Positions 55,462-64,000 of a stretch of DNA of 64,000 nucleotides are shown here, one piece after another. The first letter of the stretch is position 1, and each line of letters opens with the position of its first letter. The notes below the pieces were generated by a model, which was not told the origin of the DNA, searched no databases, and saw only the letters and a list, made by a program, of their open reading frames with translations. This stretch comes from a virus. Both the position numbers and the translations under genes were made by a program. The stretch lies in IMG/VR virus record IMGVR_UViG_3300022074_000005. The stretch is one strand, 5' to 3'.

Positions 55462-56551
55462 TTTCTGCTCCTCCAAGTTCGAAATCGTATTGTTCAAACT
55501 CGCCTTGTACTATATTTAGGATATATCCATACTCTTTGTCTAGTCTTAATTCTATATATGAACCAGATGCATCTTCTCTAATCCATACCCATTGAGGGTC
55601 TTCGTCTAATATAATCACACCAGTTTCTGGGTTCTTTCCTAATGTTATGTCACCAGAAGTTTTTTTCTTGTCAAACTCTGATCTCATTTGTTTTGCTAGT
55701 TCTTTGTTTAATTGTTTTAGAATATCTACTAAAAAATTTTGTTCTAAGAAATCTATATCAAGACCTGTTGCAAATTGACTTTCGTCTTCCTCAAGATAAT
55801 CAACTTCTAAATCATCAAATTGTAAAAAGTCAATGTCTAATGCATCTGCAACTTCATTTAAACCTTCTTCATTTTGCATTTGTTCTATTGCAGCTGGTTT
55901 AGATATGATTAGTAAATTACCAATCATCTCTTCGTCTAAATCTAACATTACAGGTTTCAATGGTTTACTTGAAACCGTATCAACAACTGTGGCTTGAAAT
56001 GCTTGATTTAATATTACTTGACCAGCATCTGACTCAACACTAATCTCTCCAACAAAACAATTACCATTTGTATCACAACTTGGTAGTAATATAATTGTAG
56101 ATGAACCTATCTCATCTATTGTCATCGTAAAGTCTGTACCACGAACACCAATTGTAGCTGTTGGTGTTGTTATTAATACATCTGTCGCTGAGTTTTTTGC
56201 AATTTGACCTGAGGCATATCTTACTGTGCCTAGTTTTGCTTTTAATGAAAGTTTACCTTTTTTAGTATTTGGGTCATAAACAAATTCATCAATAAGAAGT
56301 TTAGAATGTTCAGTAACGTCAACTCTAGTATTATCGATAAATTCTATACCAACTTTGCCATTACCTGTTTTTACAGTATCATATGAAAATACATCTAAAT
56401 CTTTTTCTACAGTAATACCTTGATCGCCATCTTTTCTATCGATAGCTGCATTACCTTCGTATAAAGAAACTTGACCTATAGATGCAAGACTACTTTGTAA
56501 AGATATAAGGGTTAAGACTATGAACCCAAGTGTAAAACTTACGAGCCGCAT
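55433..56551 (-). CDS. FecR-domain secreted/periplasmic protein
   Basis: Signal peptide; D.V.T, F.D.T.V...S.L.ID...YDP and TPTA.IGVRGTDF motifs. Confidence 0.85.
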   Translation of the reverse strand: MRLVSFTLGFIVLTLISLQSSLASIGQVSLYEGNAAIDRKDGDQGITVEKDLDVFSYDTVKTGNGKVGIEFIDNTRVDVTEHSKLLIDEFVYDPNTKKGKLSLKAKLGTVRYASGQIAKNSATDVLITTPTATIGVRGTDFTMTIDEIGSSTIILLPSCDTNGNCFVGEISVESDAGQVILNQAFQATVVDTVSSKPLKPVMLDLDEEMIGNLLIISKPAAIEQMQNEEGLNEVADALDIDFLQFDDLEVDYLEEDESQFATGLDIDFLEQNFLVDILKQLNKELAKQMRSEFDKKKTSGDITLGKNPETGVIILDEDPQWVWIREDASGSYIELRLDKEYGYILNIVQGEFEQYDFELGGAENVITIQQIN

Positions 56552-56595
56552 ATATTACCATTCCTACAAATAATATAAATGTTAATGTACCCATA

Positions 56596-57279
56596 TTAGT
56601 CTCTCTGTATAATATCGATATTGTGGTTATCACCACTTGTTGTTAATGTTATCATATTATCGTATATACCTGATTGTGTAATATCTACGTCTGCAATAGA
56701 ACCTGTATGTGTGTGTATGTAAGTATGACCTATACTGTCACCATCTCCGTCTATATCAACCAAGAAATTATTTGTGTCACCGTTTACTGATAAAGTAAAG
56801 ATAACACTTGTACCATCTATCGTTGCAGCCACAACGTTTGAGTCTGAACCAGACGCACCTGATATGTTAATTGTAGCACCTGTTGCATCTGCTGTTTCTC
56901 CAACGTCTATGTCAATATCGTTAGATGAACCAACCCATACAATTGATGCTGTAACGTTAGCACACGATGAGTTAGACCCACCACTATCACATTTTAAATC
57001 AATATCGTTACTGTTACCAGTCGTGCTAAATGTACCTGTGTATGATGCACCATTAATATCAAAGGTTAATACGTTAGAGTTACCAATTTGATCAATGTTC
57101 ATATTTGTAGTAGCACCTGTAACAGTTGATGGTGTACCAGATGAACCAATTGTGTTATTCTGTCCGTCTTGTAAAACGTCAAAAGTCAAAGTGTTACCTG
57201 ACTGTGTAACATAAATGTCGTTAGCGTATGACGAAACTGTCATCAACATAAACATAACCAAAGTAAGTATTTTACTCAT
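56596..57279 (-). CDS. Curlin-like protein (CsgA-like)
   Basis: Signal peptide; repeats with Q/x-x-G-x-x-N and alternating beta pattern. Confidence 0.7.
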   Translation of the reverse strand: MSKILTLVMFMLMTVSSYANDIYVTQSGNTLTFDVLQDGQNNTIGSSGTPSTVTGATTNMNIDQIGNSNVLTFDINGASYTGTFSTTGNSNDIDLKCDSGGSNSSCANVTASIVWVGSSNDIDIDVGETADATGATINISGASGSDSNVVAATIDGTSVIFTLSVNGDTNNFLVDIDGDGDSIGHTYIHTHTGSIADVDITQSGIYDNMITLTTSGDNHNIDIIQRD

Positions 57280-58090
57280 GTCTTATTCCTTTGACGCCTT
57301 CCATTTTCCACAATTTTTTATTTACACCTTCGTAAATCATTTGTAGTACGGCGTGTTCTATTGTTGTTCTTATTGCATAATTAACAGGTTCATTTGTTGC
57401 TTGACCTGACTCAAATTCTAATGCCTTTGTACTCATATCTAAAAATCTGAATACATCACCACCTTTGCTATAACTAGCAATGGTCTTTGTCGCTGAAACA
57501 GATAATAATATTTCACCTGTTTGTACTGCAACAAGTCTTAACGAAACAGTTACTTGGTCTGTACGATATTGTTCGCTTATTCCTATTCCAAAATATCTTG
57601 CACCAACGCCACCACTTGCAACATTGCTGTCATATCCTACAATACCACCTTCTATAATTAATCCAGCAAACACCAATGGTTTTAATTGATTGTTTGCTTC
57701 TGTTTCGCCATCGTATAATTCTCTTGTTGATCTTATAAGTTGTCTTTCTTTAACTAGATTACTTAAACCTTTTCTCTCTACAACTTTAAACCAATCTCCA
57801 TTACTAACTGCTTTTAAAGCAGATATAACCCAAACATCTGGTCCTTGCGTAACTGCTGTTGACAGTTGAGAAAACTTTGGATTAGGTTTTCTCTGACCAG
57901 TTTGATCTGTAAACTCGTATACCGCAATTGTTATTTGCGGTTGATTATCTAAATCAGGTATCTCTCTTAACTTTTCAAGTGTTGTTGTTCCCTCAATAAA
58001 AGGTTCAGCACCATGTTTTATTTTATTAGATTGAGTTGACGCACAACCTGATAATATAAATCCTAATAGCAATACTAATAATAATCTCAT
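57272..58090 (-). CDS. csgG: Curli secretion channel CsgG
   Basis: Lipobox LSGC; AVY.F.DQTGQRK, STAVTQG, WF.VVER.GL.NL.KERQ.IR, EGGI.GYD, GG.GARY.GIG and D.VTVSLR.V motifs. Confidence 0.95.
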   Translation of the reverse strand: MRLLLVLLLGFILSGCASTQSNKIKHGAEPFIEGTTTLEKLREIPDLDNQPQITIAVYEFTDQTGQRKPNPKFSQLSTAVTQGPDVWVISALKAVSNGDWFKVVERKGLSNLVKERQLIRSTRELYDGETEANNQLKPLVFAGLIIEGGIVGYDSNVASGGVGARYFGIGISEQYRTDQVTVSLRLVAVQTGEILLSVSATKTIASYSKGGDVFRFLDMSTKALEFESGQATNEPVNYAIRTTIEHAVLQMIYEGVNKKLWKMEGVKGIRHE

Positions 58091-58096
58091 ACACCC

Positions 58097-58579
58097 TTAA
58101 AAGTTAAAATCACCTAATGGTACAGACATTGTAGTTACGGCACCATCTGGTGTTGTTATTGTCAAAGTAATAATCTCAGTAGTGCTATCTTTAACCCAAT
58201 ATATTGTTGACCCCTCAACAGTAGCTGTACCACTTGTTGGGCATGTTGTTGTACTACTGTCGCAAGTAGTACCAAACATGTTATCAACTAACTGTTTGGA
58301 TAAGTTAGCATATATTCTACTTTCAACGTTCTTAATAAACTTATTGATAGTAGTATTTTTCTCAATTCTCTCTGCTGCCGCAGCTGCAGATTTAGCATCA
58401 TCTTTTACTTGTTTCTCTCTATTGTACTGTAATTGTTCAATAGATAATACATGACTAGAATACCCATTACCACTAAATGACGGATTCTTAAATTCATGTA
58501 CCAATTCTGAAGCTGTGATTATGGAAGTCGAAAACACATAAAACAATAGGCCCATAAACACCATATTAAGTGTTTTCAT
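58097..58579 (-). CDS. csgF: Curli assembly protein CsgF
   Basis: Signal peptide then SELVHEFKNPSFSG (cf. CsgF F.NP.FGG); directly upstream of csgG. Confidence 0.85.
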   Translation of the reverse strand: MKTLNMVFMGLLFYVFSTSIITASELVHEFKNPSFSGNGYSSHVLSIEQLQYNREKQVKDDAKSAAAAAERIEKNTTINKFIKNVESRIYANLSKQLVDNMFGTTCDSSTTTCPTSGTATVEGSTIYWVKDSTTEIITLTITTPDGAVTTMSVPLGDFNF

Positions 58580-58606
58580 AGTACTATTATTTAGGAAAAT
58601 GGGTGA

Positions 58607-58855
58607 TTAATCTTTTTTCTTTTTTTGATTTTCTTTGATCTGTCTTGCCGTTTGTAACTTAGATCGTAGTCTAATTAAGTCATTATCTAGCATTCTAATT
58701 CTATCTAGTAATCCAATTAGTGCGACATTTGCCTCACTTAACTTCTTCTTGATATTTTCTGTAGTAAATCTGTATATGAAATATATAAAGTATCCCATAG
58801 CCACAGCTGCTAGTGTGGCAAATCCATATTGATTTAGTATTTCAACAACTGTCAT
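58607..58855 (-). CDS. Small membrane protein (TM plus coiled coil)
   Basis: GF...A...MGYFIY; LLDRIRMLDNDLIRL; paralog of 59522..59803. Confidence 0.6.
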   Translation of the reverse strand: MTVVEILNQYGFATLAAVAMGYFIYFIYRFTTENIKKKLSEANVALIGLLDRIRMLDNDLIRLRSKLQTARQIKENQKKKKD

Positions 58856-59067
58856 TATTCCATTATCAAGGCTTTGATTGTTAAAGAACCATCAATATTT
58901 GTTTCAAGCTCTGCTTTTGATTTTAAGCATTGATATCTAACACCTTGAGAATACTGCCTCTCTGCTTGTCTCTTTCCTTTTAAACATTCAGAAAGCGATG
59001 GTTGTATTCGGTGCTCCTTGATCTCTGAATTGACGATCATTAATAAAGCTACTACTACCTCTATCAT
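58855..59067 (-). CDS. Small hypothetical protein
   Basis: SLSECLK.KR...C motif; coupled to both neighbours. Confidence 0.6.
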   Translation of the reverse strand: MIEVVVALLMIVNSEIKEHRIQPSLSECLKGKRQAERQYSQGVRYQCLKSKAELETNIDGSLTIKALIME

Positions 59068-59522
59068 TAATTTCCGTTTCCGTTTTTGTAAACTATTTCT
59101 CTATCAGCATCTTTTAACTCTTCAATATCAGTCATCATCTTGTCAACTTGTTTTCTTAAAAACTCTATGTTAATTTTATTGTTTGCCATGTCCTCGATAT
59201 GTTTCTCTATCTTCTCGGTGGTCTTGTAAAGGTCCTCGATCAACATGAACTGCTCTCCGTCAGCTGGCAATGAACCCATTTCACCCCTTGGCCATTTAAT
59301 TCTAAACTCTGTATTTTTTGTTAAGTCAGTTTCTAATCTCTCAACGTGTGCGTTCAAATCTTTTTCTGCTAGTTGAGATTTAGTCTCCAACATTGTGATA
59401 CGCTCTAACACACCAAAGTAAGCCCACACTCCTACACCCACAGCTCCGATTATGGCAAGCATGTTTCTGACTGGCATACTGATGGCGGTATTATCTGATA
59501 TGTCTAATCTATTTTTACTCAT
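59067..59522 (-). CDS. Membrane-anchored coiled-coil protein
   Basis: ISMP.RN, TM helix, LPAD.EQFMLIE motif. Confidence 0.6.
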   Translation of the reverse strand: MSKNRLDISDNTAISMPVRNMLAIIGAVGVGVWAYFGVLERITMLETKSQLAEKDLNAHVERLETDLTKNTEFRIKWPRGEMGSLPADGEQFMLIEDLYKTTEKIEKHIEDMANNKINIEFLRKQVDKMMTDIEELKDADREIVYKNGNGN

Positions 59523-59803
59523 TAATCTTTCCTCGCATCTTTCTTACCATCTGCTCTAGCAATCCTATCTTCATCTTGTTTTAAATCTAAAGCTTCTGAT
59601 ATTTGTACGTCTAGTTTTATCATGTCGTTATTCATAGTCTTTATTCTATTATCTAGACCCATGATTATTCCATGAATACTATTGACTTGACCAATTACAG
59701 ATTCTAATATGTATTTGAGGATGATGTATATGAAAACACCCATTACAGTAGCTGATGCTACAGGTAATCCAAACTCGACTAGAAGTGTAAAAAACAAATC
59801 CAT
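59522..59803 (-). CDS. Small membrane protein (TM plus coiled coil)
   Basis: LDNRIKTMNNDMIKLD; C-terminal RIARADGK.DAR.D. Confidence 0.6.
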   Translation of the reverse strand: MDLFFTLLVEFGLPVASATVMGVFIYIILKYILESVIGQVNSIHGIIMGLDNRIKTMNNDMIKLDVQISEALDLKQDEDRIARADGKKDARKD

Positions 59804-59812
59804 AATATAAGT

Positions 59813-59820
59813 TATTTATA
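59813..59820 (-). promoter_or_regulatory. T4-type late promoter heading the membrane/curli cluster
   Basis: TATAAATA 9 bp upstream of the 59803 start. Confidence 0.7.
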
Positions 59821-60399
59821 TTAGAATAATATGGTATCTGCCTTAAAGACCTCTGCGTGTTCTACGTTGATAAAAGACCCCCTAAATCTTGACATATCTT
59901 CTACTTTACTTGCCCATTTTGGGTCAACATTTTTATAACATTCTATTGCTTGTGTCTTATTTACTACATGATCTGATATATCAGAAAACACATTTGCTTC
60001 AAAAGATGTATATTTTTGACAGTAAGGAAAGGCGTTCATGTACCAAACTTCTAAAGGTTGCTTACGTCTCAAAGTGTTTCCTACTTCATGACATATTCTA
60101 TGGTCTTGATGCCAGTCCTCTTTCCAATGTGTTATGAGTAAATCATAACTTGACATATCTAATTGTTTCTCTATCTTGCCTATTAAGTTATGATCTAGTT
60201 TAGGTCTTTCTTTATCTTCGTTTAGTATTGGGTTAAATCCTAATATCGCTGATGTTGTAATTAAATATTTTTTATGATCTTGATAAGGACAAAGAATAAA
60301 GTTATCTATAGTTGCACCCATAGATTTCATTTTAGAAATTGTACCACCACAAGATAATTCTAAATCATCTGGGTGAGCTGATAAAACTAATACTTTCAT
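59821..60399 (-). CDS. PIG-L / LmbE family deacetylase
   Basis: AHPDD.E..CGGTI and TH...D.H.DH motifs. Confidence 0.85.
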   Translation of the reverse strand: MKVLVLSAHPDDLELSCGGTISKMKSMGATIDNFILCPYQDHKKYLITTSAILGFNPILNEDKERPKLDHNLIGKIEKQLDMSSYDLLITHWKEDWHQDHRICHEVGNTLRRKQPLEVWYMNAFPYCQKYTSFEANVFSDISDHVVNKTQAIECYKNVDPKWASKVEDMSRFRGSFINVEHAEVFKADTILF

Positions 60400-61255
60400 T
60401 TAAACCTTCTTTTAATTTAGTCCTTATTCTATAAGGATGTATTTTATTTAACTTATCATAACTCATGGCTCTGTGTAATGAACCATTATCTTTAGGGTCA
60501 CCCCATAAAATTTTACCTTTAAATTGCAATACATCTGCTATGGTTTCTGCCATTTCTTTTATAGTCATACCCTCTTCCTCTCCTACGTTATATGCACCAT
60601 TTGGTGTATAACGACTTGTGGCAAAGAAGTCTATTACATCGCATACATCTTTTACATATACTAAAGGTCTTGTGGGTGTGCCAGTTCCTAGTAATTGAAC
60701 ATCTGTATTATCCTTTTTTGCTTTCATTATCTTTTTTGTTATCGAACCAATAACATGTGAGGACTCTTCATGTTTGTATATCTCACCTAAACCATACATG
60801 TTTGCTAGTACTAAACAAGTCCAATCATCTACTAAACGTTCACACGCAGCTAAATGCCACAACTTACTCATTGCGTATAACTCAACTGTACTTTGTGGTC
60901 TACCTTCTCCTAACATATCCTCTGTAAATTTTTCATCTCTATTTGGATATGCACAACAACTACCTATCATTATAACTTTTTTTGGTTTTGCTCTAAAAAT
61001 ATATTCAAATACGTTTACACTCATTTTAGTGTTGTCTAGTAATACCCTTTTTGGATTGTTTTGATTAAAAGGTAATCCACCATATATTGCAGCACTATGA
61101 ATAAAGACATCTGGTTCATCTGGTAGAGTATCGATACCTTTGCCTGTAACCCAATTAACATCTGCACTTCTAGGTGCAATAAAATTATGATTATAATCTT
61201 TAATATAGTTACCTAATAAAAATCCATTTCCACCTGTCACTACTATGTTAAGCAT
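60365..61255 (-). CDS. fcl: GDP-L-fucose synthase-like NAD-dependent epimerase/reductase
   Basis: TGGNGFLG, GSCCAYP, YAMSK, NMYG...SHVI and GTG.P.R motifs; next to gmd. Confidence 0.75.
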   Translation of the reverse strand: MLNIVVTGGNGFLLGNYIKDYNHNFIAPRSADVNWVTGKGIDTLPDEPDVFIHSAAIYGGLPFNQNNPKRVLLDNTKMSVNVFEYIFRAKPKKVIMIGSCCAYPNRDEKFTEDMLGEGRPQSTVELYAMSKLWHLAACERLVDDWTCLVLANMYGLGEIYKHEESSHVIGSITKKIMKAKKDNTDVQLLGTGTPTRPLVYVKDVCDVIDFFATSRYTPNGAYNVGEEEGMTIKEMAETIADVLQFKGKILWGDPKDNGSLHRAMSYDKLNKIHPYRIRTKLKEGLNESISFISSPR

Positions 61256-62255
61256 TGTTTATCATATCCTTTATCAAAGATTTTATATCGTGTTTAGGTT
61301 TCCAATTTAATATTTGTTTTGCTTTAGTGGCATCACCCATTAAAGTATTTACGTCTAAAGGTCTGATATACTTTTGACTGCATTGAACAACAGCTTTATT
61401 CTTATAATAACCTCTTTCCTCACCGTCCTCTCCAACTTTCCAAGTGATATCCATATCTAATTCATCTGCTGTCATATTAACAAAGTCTTTTATAGAGTAT
61501 TGTTTACCTGTTGCAATAACAAAGTCATCTGGTTTATCTTGTTGTAACATTAACCACATTGCCTCAACATAATCTTTTGCATGACCCCAATCTCTTTTAG
61601 CTTCTAAATTTCCAAGATATAATATTTTAGGTTCTGTATTTTTTATTTTAGTCAATGCAGAAACTATTTTTTTTGTAACAAAAGTTTCGCCACGTCTAGG
61701 ACTTTCATGATTAAATAATATTCCATTACAAGCAAAGATGCCGTACGCATCTCTATAGTTTTTAGTAATCCAATATGCATATAGTTTTGCTACACCATAA
61801 GGACTTGCTGGATGCATTGGCGTATTTTCATCTTGTGGTGACGGACTTGAACCATACATTTCTGAGGTGCAAGCTTGATAAAATTTTGTTTTTAATCCAT
61901 GAAACTTAATTGCTTCTAAAATTCTTAATGGACCAATAGCATCTGCGTTTGCTGTGTATTCAGGTATCTCAAAAGATACTGCAACATGAGATTGAGCTGC
62001 TAAATTATATATTTCATCTGGTTGTATATCTTTTACAATTCTTGATACTGATAAAGAGTCTGTTACATCCCCATAATGAAGTATAAAGTTTCTATCTTTT
62101 TGAAATGGTTCTTGATAGATATGATCTAATCTTGACGTATTAAAAGTAGATGATCTTCTTATAACGCCATGAACTATATAACCTTTTTTTAATAATAATT
62201 CTGTTAAGTAAGAACCATCTTGACCTGTTATACCAAATATTATAGCTTTCTTCAT
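61248..62255 (-). CDS. gmd: GDP-mannose 4,6-dehydratase
   Basis: [46 protein letters not shown] and [10 protein letters not shown] motifs. Confidence 0.97.
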   Translation of the reverse strand: MKKAIIFGITGQDGSYLTELLLKKGYIVHGVIRRSSTFNTSRLDHIYQEPFQKDRNFILHYGDVTDSLSVSRIVKDIQPDEIYNLAAQSHVAVSFEIPEYTANADAIGPLRILEAIKFHGLKTKFYQACTSEMYGSSPSPQDENTPMHPASPYGVAKLYAYWITKNYRDAYGIFACNGILFNHESPRRGETFVTKKIVSALTKIKNTEPKILYLGNLEAKRDWGHAKDYVEAMWLMLQQDKPDDFVIATGKQYSIKDFVNMTADELDMDITWKVGEDGEERGYYKNKAVVQCSQKYIRPLDVNTLMGDATKAKQILNWKPKHDIKSLIKDMINNA

Positions 62256-62632
62256 TTTATTTTAAATTTAGTTATTGGTTCTTTACAATCATCCCAACGT
62301 TTAGTAATCATTGCTACCATCTTACAGTCTGCTGTAGGATAAAATGTATGAGGAACACCTGATGGTATATATAAACAAGTGCCAGCACTTACTGTTGTTA
62401 CTTCCTCTTTATCATTCGTGTATTCAGTATATACGCCTTCACCCTCTACAAACATAACGTATTCATCAAACTCATTGTGATAATGATGTCCTCTTATGGA
62501 ACCTTTTAATGTTACAATGTAATTCCATTCTACAATATTTTTATCTTGAGGAAAGTAAGTTTGTATTATACCTCTACCATCTTTAAATGTAGCTGGATTA
62601 ATACTTGGTTCTAGTTTCTTTATTCTTTTCAT
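62252..62632 (-). CDS. Cupin, sugar isomerase/epimerase-like
   Basis: D.RG, RGHHYH...E and P.G.PH motifs. Confidence 0.75.
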   Translation of the reverse strand: MKRIKKLEPSINPATFKDGRGIIQTYFPQDKNIVEWNYIVTLKGSIRGHHYHNEFDEYVMFVEGEGVYTEYTNDKEEVTTVSAGTCLYIPSGVPHTFYPTADCKMVAMITKRWDDCKEPITKFKIK

Positions 62633-63458
62633 AATATCCTTTCAAATGCTCTTGATATAAATCTTCATCTTTTATTAATCTAAGCTTATGTATTAACCAA
62701 CTAGAGTCATACCAATCAGTAAAAGGTTTTAAATCTTTCAACATTACATTCATTGTATTTGACATTAAAGCATGTCCTATATTATCTGTAGAAAAATACT
62801 CATCGTCTATTTTTAATGACCAAAAACTTTTATCTCTTAATCCATTTGACATATTTAAATGAACTTTTATATCATCTATTGTAAAATTTAAAACAGTATA
62901 TTGATCACCAATACTTTCAAAGTTTAATTTAATTTTACTATTAACACTACACCATTTACTTAACAGTATCATAGCATGACTTGCTATCTCTGTTATATGA
63001 TCTTCGTTATCAGGGTTCTTAACATGATACGTAAAATCTATTGAATTAGGTTTTTCTTTATTAATTCTATAATGTAATGTTTGTGACAACCAATCATTTT
63101 GATATACAACTAATCCATATTGCCATATTAATTCATTTACTTTATTACTTAATATATAATCACTATCTGAGTTAAATAAAACTGCTGGTTTTTCAATAAA
63201 AATTTTTTTTGCATTTTTATTTTCGTATAAAACTTTCGCATGTGTTTTGCTAGGGGTAACTATATGAATTGTTTCATTATGAATATTTGGTTGATTATCA
63301 AAGAAGAGTTTCATGTCATCATGTTTATTTTTAAACTCTTGTTTTTGTTTATCTGTCCAAGATGATTTTTTTGCAAGTATAGCTTTATGTATTCCTTTTT
63401 CTTTTAATACTTTAAGATGTACATTACTAAATTTACCTGCTCCAAATATTATGTTCAT
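62598..63458 (-). CDS. Gfo/Idh/MocA-like oxidoreductase, divergent
   Basis: GAG, I.TP..TH and IEKP motifs. Confidence 0.6.
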   Translation of the reverse strand: MNIIFGAGKFSNVHLKVLKEKGIHKAILAKKSSWTDKQKQEFKNKHDDMKLFFDNQPNIHNETIHIVTPSKTHAKVLYENKNAKKIFIEKPAVLFNSDSDYILSNKVNELIWQYGLVVYQNDWLSQTLHYRINKEKPNSIDFTYHVKNPDNEDHITEIASHAMILLSKWCSVNSKIKLNFESIGDQYTVLNFTIDDIKVHLNMSNGLRDKSFWSLKIDDEYFSTDNIGHALMSNTMNVMLKDLKPFTDWYDSSWLIHKLRLIKDEDLYQEHLKGYYEKNKETRTKY

Positions 63459-64000
63459 TTTATATTTTCATAAGTCCATATCGCATCAAATATACACTTA
63501 CCATACTCCTTACCAGTAGCAGTTTTAAATTTATCCTCGTAACTTTTTTGTCTCTCTTCATTCTTCAAGTGAATTTTCATACACCATTCTGCTGGTTGTA
63601 GTTTCACATTAAACCAAGGTGATTTATTTTTTATCTGATCATAAACAAAATACTGTTCACCTTCTTGTGGCATCTCTACTATTTTATTCTCGTAATAATA
63701 CTTCTTATGTTTCTTGTAGTCTTCCATATAGTTATCATATACAAACTTAAAATCATGTGAGTTAAACTTATATAAGTTACCGCTGATTGGCATATCATCA
63801 CTTTTCCACCATCTATCCATAGAAACAAACTCACCAAGTTTTACTGGGTATGTGAGCACAGGTGACGGGTCTTTCTTCCATTGCATATCAATATCCATGA
63901 TAACAGTAGTATCACCCTCTTTTGCTTTTATATATGATGGGTCAAAGAAAAATATCTTTGTCCAATGACCATGTTCTTTTATGTCTTGATTAGTTAAAGG
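63455..64000 (-). CDS. Putative glycosyltransferase, 5' truncated by the window edge
   Basis: Frame open to 64000, adding HWTKIFFF...TVIMDID (W.K..F plus DxD); GEQ motif; sugar cluster context. Confidence 0.55.
   Translation of the reverse strand, partial: PLTNQDIKEHGHWTKIFFFDPSYIKAKEGDTTVIMDIDMQWKKDPSPVLTYPVKLGEFVSMDRWWKSDDMPISGNLYKFNSHDFKFVYDNYMEDYKKHKKYYYENKIVEMPQEGEQYFVYDQIKNKSPWFNVKLQPAEWCMKIHLKNEERQKSYEDKFKTATGKEYGKCIFDAIWTYENIK

Overview
This AT-rich 64 kb window is from a large T4-like myovirus genome. Its gene content (bS21, csgF/csgG, phoH, many 2OG-Fe(II) oxygenases, a permuted two-piece tmRNA) resembles marine alphaproteobacteria-infecting (pelagimyophage-like) phages; the host assignment is inference. 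Left to right: tail fibre and baseplate genes (fibre, VrlC-like protein, gp8, gp7, gp6, gp25, gp5; 1-18.5 kb); a ~1 kb non-coding region with stacked sigma70 promoters and helically phased repeats (20.2-21.3 kb); accessory and early genes (21-28.8 kb); tail genes (hub, gp53, gp48) and a plus-strand block (gp4, gp2, gp54, gp26, gp51, tape measure; 32.1-36.9 kb); gp32, gp59, gp33, rubrerythrin, tmRNA, exonuclease, lysozyme, phoH, rnh and bS21 with early gene islands (37-53 kb); a curli (CsgF/CsgG/curlin)-FecR-CHASE2 adenylate cyclase operon (53.2-59.8 kb); and nucleotide-sugar genes (gmd, fcl; 59.8-64 kb). The best signals missed by the ORF track are: (1) a three-hairpin RNA whose loop carries two copies of the complement of the phage's own early-gene RBS (GAGAGGU); (2) a U-UUU-UUA -1 frameshift site that would fuse gp26 to gp51, like lambda G/GT; (3) an intact permuted tmRNA with both sigma70 and late promoters; (4) a duplicated ~62 bp element upstream of early promoters; (5) an HxG-motif Fe/2OG enzyme that is a halogenase candidate. 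All family assignments come from motif recognition, not database searches.
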